From Desulfobacterales bacterium (GTDB taxonomy: Bacteria > Desulfobacterota > Desulfobacteria > Desulfobacterales > SG8-13), in assembly GCA_051155755.1 (NCBI GenBank), contig DAXETY010000030.1:4551-68550 (forward strand): 64,000 bases of DNA. The letters run 5' to 3'. The notes below the pieces were generated by a model that made no database searches, was not told where the DNA came from, and saw only the letters and a list, made by a program, of their open reading frames with translations. The translations under genes were made by a program, and so were the position numbers. Positions 58,644 to 64,000 of the stretch are shown here, in pieces; positions within the stretch are counted from its first letter, which is position 1, and each line of letters starts with the position of its first letter.

Positions 58644-60725
58644 ATGATCGATCAAAACAAAGTTCGGAACATCGGGATCAGCGCTCACATCGACTCGGGC
58701 AAGACCACGCTCACCGAACGAATTCTTTTTTACACCAATCGGATTCACGCCATTCACGACGTGAAAGGCAAGGACGGCATCGGCGCCACCATGGACTCCA
58801 TGGAGCTGGAAAAAGAGCGGGGCATTACCATTGCCTCGGCTGCCACCTTTTGCCAATGGAAAGGCCACGAGATCAACATTATCGACACGCCCGGTCACGT
58901 GGACTTCACCATCGAGGTGGAGCGTTCCCTGCGCGTGCTCGACAGTGCCGTGCTGGTTTTGTGCGCCGTCGGTGGGGTGCAGTCGCAATCGATCACCGTC
59001 GACCAGCAGATGCGCCGTTATAACGTGCCATTTATCGCTTTTATCAACAAATGTGATCGCAGCGGGGCCAATCCCGATCGGGTGATCCGGCAGCTCAACG
59101 AAAAACTCGGCCACAATGCGGTGGCCATGCAGGTTCCCATCGGGCTTGAGGCGGATCACAAAGGGGTCGTGGACCTGGTGCGGATGAAGGCATATTACTT
59201 CGACGGACCCAACGGCGGTACCGTCCGCGAAGAAGATATTCCGGAAGAGCTAGAAGAACTGGCTGCCGAAAAACGGGAACTTCTGATCGATGCCGCCGCC
59301 ATGTTCTCCGATGAGCTGACCGAAGCCGCATTGGAAGACAGCGTTTCTGAACAACTGTTGGTTCGAGTGCTGCGCGAGGCCACCGTCAAACGACAGATCG
59401 TTCCGGTGTTCATGGGTTCGGCCTACAAAAACAAGGGCGTGCAGCCACTGCTGGATGCCGTCAACGGCTATTTGCCCTGTCCAACCGAGGTCACCAACGA
59501 GGCCATGGATGTGGAAGATGCCGAGGCGCCGGTGGTTTTGGATTCCGATCCCCAAAAACCGCTGGTGGCACTGGCCTTCAAGCTGGAAGACGGACCCTAC
59601 GGGCAACTCACTTATTTTCGCGTCTACCAGGGCACTCTTGCCAAGGGTGCGACCGTTATCAATGTTCGCAACGGCAACAAGCTTAAGATCGGCCGGTTGG
59701 TTCGCATGCATGCCAACCAGATGGAAGAGATCGAAAGCATTCCGGCCGGTTTCATCGGTGCGCTCTTCGGCATCGAGTGTGCGTCCGGAGACACCTTCGT
59801 CAGCCCGGGCCTTAACCTGACCATGACCTCGATGTACGTACCCGAACCGGTGATCTCCCTGGCCATCGCCCCGAAAGACAACAAGTCTCAGATCAACATG
59901 TCCAAGGCCCTGAATCGATTCACCAAGGAAGATCCCACTTTCCGCACCTACGTGAACGAAGAAACCGGCGACACGATTATCGAGGGAATGGGTGAGTTGC
60001 ACCTGGAAGTTTACGTCGAAAGAATGAAACGCGAATACAAGGCCGAAGTGGAAACCGGCCAGCCACAGGTGGCCTACCGCGAAACCATCACCCGACGGGC
60101 GGAATTCAATTATATCCACAAAAAACAGACCGGCGGTGCCGGACAGTTCGGACGGGTGGCCGGATGGATCGAACCGGTACCGGATGAAGAATTCGTCTTT
60201 GAAAATCAGGTCACCGGCGGCGCGATTCCAACCCAGTTCATTCCTGCCTGCGAAAAAGGCTTTCGGCAATGCCTGGCCAAGGGACCCAAGATGGAGTTTC
60301 CGGTCACCGGAATTAAAGTGGTTCTCAACGACGGGGCCTCCCACGCGGTGGATTCCTCGGAAATGGCATTTATGGCCGCCGCCCGCGGCGCTTTTCGCGC
60401 GGTCTATCCGAAGGCCAATCCGGTCATCAATGAACCGATCATGAAAGTGGTGGTCGAAACGCCCACCGAATTTCAGGGCTCCGTGATGGGCTCTTTGAAC
60501 CAACGCCGGGGAATGATCGTCGGCTGCCAGGACGAAGGCGTTCAGTGTGTCGTCGAAGCGCAGGTCCCGCTGGCTGAAATGTTCGGCTACTCCACCGCCC
60601 TGCGGTCCCTGACCCAGGGAAAAGCCCAGTTCACGATGGAGTTTTCGTCCTACAAACAAGTGCCCCAGAGCATCACCGAAGAACTGGCCAAAAAAGCGGC
60701 GGAATCGAAGCAACGGGTGGCCTGA
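58644..60725 (+). CDS. fusA: Elongation factor G (outside the str operon)
   Basis: [47 protein letters not shown]. Confidence 0.96.
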   Translation: MIDQNKVRNIGISAHIDSGKTTLTERILFYTNRIHAIHDVKGKDGIGATMDSMELEKERGITIASAATFCQWKGHEINIIDTPGHVDFTIEVERSLRVLDSAVLVLCAVGGVQSQSITVDQQMRRYNVPFIAFINKCDRSGANPDRVIRQLNEKLGHNAVAMQVPIGLEADHKGVVDLVRMKAYYFDGPNGGTVREEDIPEELEELAAEKRELLIDAAAMFSDELTEAALEDSVSEQLLVRVLREATVKRQIVPVFMGSAYKNKGVQPLLDAVNGYLPCPTEVTNEAMDVEDAEAPVVLDSDPQKPLVALAFKLEDGPYGQLTYFRVYQGTLAKGATVINVRNGNKLKIGRLVRMHANQMEEIESIPAGFIGALFGIECASGDTFVSPGLNLTMTSMYVPEPVISLAIAPKDNKSQINMSKALNRFTKEDPTFRTYVNEETGDTIIEGMGELHLEVYVERMKREYKAEVETGQPQVAYRETITRRAEFNYIHKKQTGGAGQFGRVAGWIEPVPDEEFVFENQVTGGAIPTQFIPACEKGFRQCLAKGPKMEFPVTGIKVVLNDGASHAVDSSEMAFMAAARGAFRAVYPKANPVINEPIMKVVVETPTEFQGSVMGSLNQRRGMIVGCQDEGVQCVVEAQVPLAEMFGYSTALRSLTQGKAQFTMEFSSYKQVPQSITEELAKKAAESKQRVA

Positions 60726-61026
60726 GCATAATCCCCGGCCAACGGATGATTCGCGGCGGGCGGCATCGACCCGCCATCCTTTGGAAATGTCCTGCAGAGC
60801 GTCCGTCCGTCTTGCAGACATCGGCAGTGCGCTGTATATGAAAGTTTACAAAGACACCGGCGAAATCGATCGGGACGGTCTTGCCACAACGCTGGCCCGC
60901 AACGGTTCAGTGGATGTCTCGGCAAAATTCGGGCCGAATTCGACCTCCCAATCAGGGTCTCGAAACCGTCGCTCCATGAAGGCAAAGCCGGCAAGAATTT
61001 TTTTCCTGCGCAAAAGGAATCTGAAA

Positions 61027-61734
61027 ATGTTGAAAAAAGATTTGATTCTTCGTAATCCGCTTAGCATTCTGCAACGGGAAGGACACACCGACACCCTGGC
61101 CGCAGGGAATTTCGGCGCCGTCCTGGCCCGTGCCGGTGTGGGAAAAACCGCGTTGCTGGTGCAGATCTCCCTGAACAGTCTGCTGGAAGGGAAAAATGTG
61201 CTTCACATCAGCCTGACCGAGCCGGTCCAGAAGGTGAGCCTCTGGTACGATGAAGTCTTCTCCCATATTTCCCGCCAGTACAACATCCAACAATCTGCGG
61301 AACTCTGGCAATCGCTGCTCCCGCATCGGTTCATTATGACGTTCCGGGTTGAAGGTTTCAGCGTCCCCAAGCTGGAAGAACGCCTCACTGATTTAACGGA
61401 GCAAAACATCTTTTCACCCCACATGCTGATTATCGACGGTTTGCCCTTCGAGGACAGCGGAGTCCGGGATCTGTTGACGGCGTTAAAATCCATGGCGTTG
61501 CGACGGGGCGTCCACGTCTGGTTCACCGTCCGGACCCATCGCGAAGATCCGCCCGTTGAAGGTGAACTGCCGCGCCCGCTCTCGGATATAAGCGAACTCT
61601 TCGATGCATTTATAAAGCTCCAACCCGTGGGGGGGAAAATTCATATCCGCGCCCTGACCGGATCGGAAGAAACCAGGGAAAAATCGCGACTGCAGCTCGA
61701 TCCTGAAACCCTGCTGATCGTCGACGCGCATTGA
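61027..61734 (+). CDS. RecA/KaiC-like P-loop protein
   Basis: GAVLARAGVGKTALLVQ, NVLHISL, LIIDG. Confidence 0.75.
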   Translation: MLKKDLILRNPLSILQREGHTDTLAAGNFGAVLARAGVGKTALLVQISLNSLLEGKNVLHISLTEPVQKVSLWYDEVFSHISRQYNIQQSAELWQSLLPHRFIMTFRVEGFSVPKLEERLTDLTEQNIFSPHMLIIDGLPFEDSGVRDLLTALKSMALRRGVHVWFTVRTHREDPPVEGELPRPLSDISELFDAFIKLQPVGGKIHIRALTGSEETREKSRLQLDPETLLIVDAH

Positions 61735-61930
61735 TCCGCCTTTTTCACCGCAGCCGATCTGCCGCGACAACCCATTGACATTCCCCGGTAATTGATTCTA
61801 TAAATTAAGGTCGATCGACGAAGTCCCAGCGGAGCGGTACCGTCGCAAAGACATTTCGGACATCGTTGCGTTGACGCGCGTCCATCACCGTTTCGTGGAC
61901 GGCACGAACGCCTGGTGCTCATCGGATCGA

Positions 61931-62061
61931 AGTCAACAGCCACCCGCGAAGCGGGTGGCTTGAATATTCTTGCTGCGGCACTTGCCGCTCGCAAGAAAAG
62001 ACAGAAGCACCCTTGTGCTTCGACGTTGAACTTGCAGTCGCACCCGGTTTGGGCAAGAATC
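61931..62061 (+). mobile_element. IS200/IS605-end-like structured element, copy 3 (longest)
   Basis: AGTCAACAGCCACCCGCGAAGCGGGTGGCTTGAA, two further hairpins, then TTGAACTTGCAGTCGCACCCGGTTTGGGCAAGAATC. Confidence 0.55.
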
Positions 62062-62075
62062 GAGGACATATCCAG

Positions 62076-62978
62076 ATGCCGCCCCAAAAAAAGAAATCCG
62101 CCGATCCCACACCGGTCACCACCGGATGTTATGACCGAACCATTTTCGATTCTCTTTCGGCCCATATCGCCATTCTGGACAAAAACGGCGTGATCCTCGA
62201 TACCAACCGCGCCTGGAGCACCTTCGGCCAGGCAAACGACGTCGCCGGCAATCCGGCCATGATCCGGGTCAATTATCTGCAGGTCTGCGATGCGGCCGCA
62301 GCCGACCCGGAATCCGGTGAAGTTTCGCGTCGCGCCGCACAGGGAATTCGCGCGGTGATCGGGGGAAAATTCGAAGAGTTCGCCATGGACTACCCCTGCC
62401 ACTCGCCCACCGAAAAGATGTGGTTTTACATGCGCGCCACCCGGGTCGACGGGCCGGGGCCTTACCGGGTGGTGATCAGCCATGAAAACATTACCCCTTT
62501 GAAACAGGCCGAAGAAACCATTCGGGAGCGGGAAGGCGAGCTGGAATTGAAAACCCAGAGCCTGGAAGAAGCCAATACCGCTTTGAAAGTCCTTTTGAAG
62601 CAGCGCGAAATGGACAAACGGGACCTGGAGGAAAAGGTGGTGGCCAATGTCCGTCAGCTGGTCACGCCCTATCTGGAAAAAATCGCGTCCACCCGGCTGG
62701 ACGCCCGTCAGAAAGCGTTTCTGGATATTATCGCCGGGCATCTCAACGACATCATCTCTCCGTTTCTACATCGCCTTTCGGCCATGCACCTGCACCTGAC
62801 GCCCCAGGAAATCCAGGTGGCCACACTGGTAAAAGCCGGTCGCACAACCAAGGAGATATCGGACATCCTCAGTATTTCCACCAACGCCGTCGATTTCCAT
62901 CGCAAAAACATCCGCAGAAAATTCGGATTGAAAAATCAAAAAACCAACCTGCGTTCCTTCCTGATGTCCCTTTCCTGA
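62076..62978 (+). CDS. PAS/coiled-coil/LuxR-HTH transcriptional regulator
   Basis: IFDSLSAHIAILD...YPCHSP PAS; LTPQEIQVA...GRTTKEIS...HRKNIRRK HTH. Confidence 0.9.
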   Translation: MPPQKKKSADPTPVTTGCYDRTIFDSLSAHIAILDKNGVILDTNRAWSTFGQANDVAGNPAMIRVNYLQVCDAAAADPESGEVSRRAAQGIRAVIGGKFEEFAMDYPCHSPTEKMWFYMRATRVDGPGPYRVVISHENITPLKQAEETIREREGELELKTQSLEEANTALKVLLKQREMDKRDLEEKVVANVRQLVTPYLEKIASTRLDARQKAFLDIIAGHLNDIISPFLHRLSAMHLHLTPQEIQVATLVKAGRTTKEISDILSISTNAVDFHRKNIRRKFGLKNQKTNLRSFLMSLS

Positions 62979-63057
62979 ATTTGAATTGCAACACAGTCTG
63001 CTACGCGGGGATGAACTTGCTGTTGAAACCATCTGTTTACAACATCTTCATCATTTT

Positions 63058-63206
63058 GATGAATTCGTAAAAATTCCCAATATCATCAAAATCTGTCATT
63101 CCCGCGAAAGCGGGAATCCAGAAAACAAGATAATTACAGTTTATTAAACTCGAGATCCCCGCGCGGGGATGATGTACTGTTAAGGAGGACTTTTTACGAG
63201 TTCATC
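63058..63206. mobile_element. MITE-like element with 20-bp terminal inverted repeats enclosing a REP-like pair
   Basis: GATGAATTCGTAAAAATTCC / GGACTTTTTACGAGTTCATC (18/20 inverted match); internal GTCATTCCCGCGAAAGCGGGAATCCA and GATCCCCGCGCGGGGATGA. Confidence 0.7.
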
Positions 63207-63424
63207 GGCAATGAATGATTCCAATTTTTGAGATCTGCCGCGAAGGCAAAGGCACCTTCTAGTAGTATTTTACTACGATTCCTCCCTCGGTTTCTTGCCA
63301 TTGACAGTTTTGTAGACCATGGCCATTTTCCTCGCAAGTTGTCGAAATCGATTCAATCCGTAGTAAAAAGAAGGATTGCAATCTTCCACCAACGAATTAC
63401 TTCGAATGCAAAAGTGGGTTTGTC

Positions 63425-64000
63425 ATGGAGAAGATCAATACCGAAGCTTTAGCGAATATTCATTTCCACTTACGCTACCGGGATCATCATGCCGTTCATC
63501 GGCAAATTTTTTATGCGCGGCGGGTGAATTTCTGGCGTGATTTGCTGCCGCAAAAACTGACCGAACCGCTGATGGGTCGTTCCAACGGCGAATCTGTCAC
63601 GGTGGATTTTTCCCCGGGCGAAGCGGTGTCCGCCTACGATGAACGCCGGCGATTCGAATTGCGCCCCGCTCAGTTCACTGGATTCGCGCCTTCGGGGTAT
63701 TCGGTGCATCTGCGGGAGGGACGCTACTATCCCGGGGGCCTTCTGCGCGGCGTGGCCGGTGTGTTTCCGCAGAATGTCGAACCGTTCCGATGTACCCGGA
63801 TCGAAGATCGCAGATTCGTCGCGGAATTCAATCACCCGCTGTCCACGCGCACCTTGCAGGTCTCGGCCATCGTCGATCGTGTGATTCCAAAAATCACCGA
63901 GCGGGGCGGTACCAGCATCGACTGGATGGAGACCGTCACCGACGGACCCGGTATGCAAAGCCGTGTCAACGGCACCCGCACCGACTTTTTCTCCGAGAAC
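63425..64000 (+). CDS. 5' part of a conserved protein, probably FKBP-like N-domain fused to a SAM methyltransferase (runs off the window)
   Basis: Open frame MEKINTEALANIHF...VNFWRD...GRYYP...FNHPL...ERGG...GPGMQSR...TDFF. The methyltransferase call is recalled family architecture; that domain is not visible here. Confidence 0.6.
   Translation, partial: MEKINTEALANIHFHLRYRDHHAVHRQIFYARRVNFWRDLLPQKLTEPLMGRSNGESVTVDFSPGEAVSAYDERRRFELRPAQFTGFAPSGYSVHLREGRYYPGGLLRGVAGVFPQNVEPFRCTRIEDRRFVAEFNHPLSTRTLQVSAIVDRVIPKITERGGTSIDWMETVTDGPGMQSRVNGTRTDFFSEN

Overview
GC-rich (about 60%) chromosomal window. Gene content (HdrA/HdrD-like proteins, a probable selenoprotein, an EF-G paralog outside the str operon, MglA/MglB) suggests a sulfate-reducing deltaproteobacterium of the Desulfobacterales type (inference). 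It contains: (1) a Pfa-type PUFA synthase plus oleABCD olefin pathway, split by a segment carrying a pseudogene, a cold-shock gene and gspN-gspC-gspD; (2) three composite intergenic repeat islands (9-mer arrays, a TGAAACGG core and several 7-mer arrays), two of which form a 99-bp inverted repeat around pfaC; (3) an Hdr/Qmo-like redox module whose last gene has an in-frame UGA followed by a SECIS-like hairpin; (4) two ABC transporter sets; (5) a minus-strand mglB-mglA signalling cluster ending in a TPR-fused PilB/GspE ATPase, near a 1350-aa five-module TPR scaffold; (6) Smr, EF-G, LuxR and housekeeping genes; (7) three copies of an IS200/IS605-end-like hairpin and small MITE/REP-like elements. 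No rRNA, tRNA or true CRISPR array was seen. All calls come from reading motifs by eye; no database searches were run.
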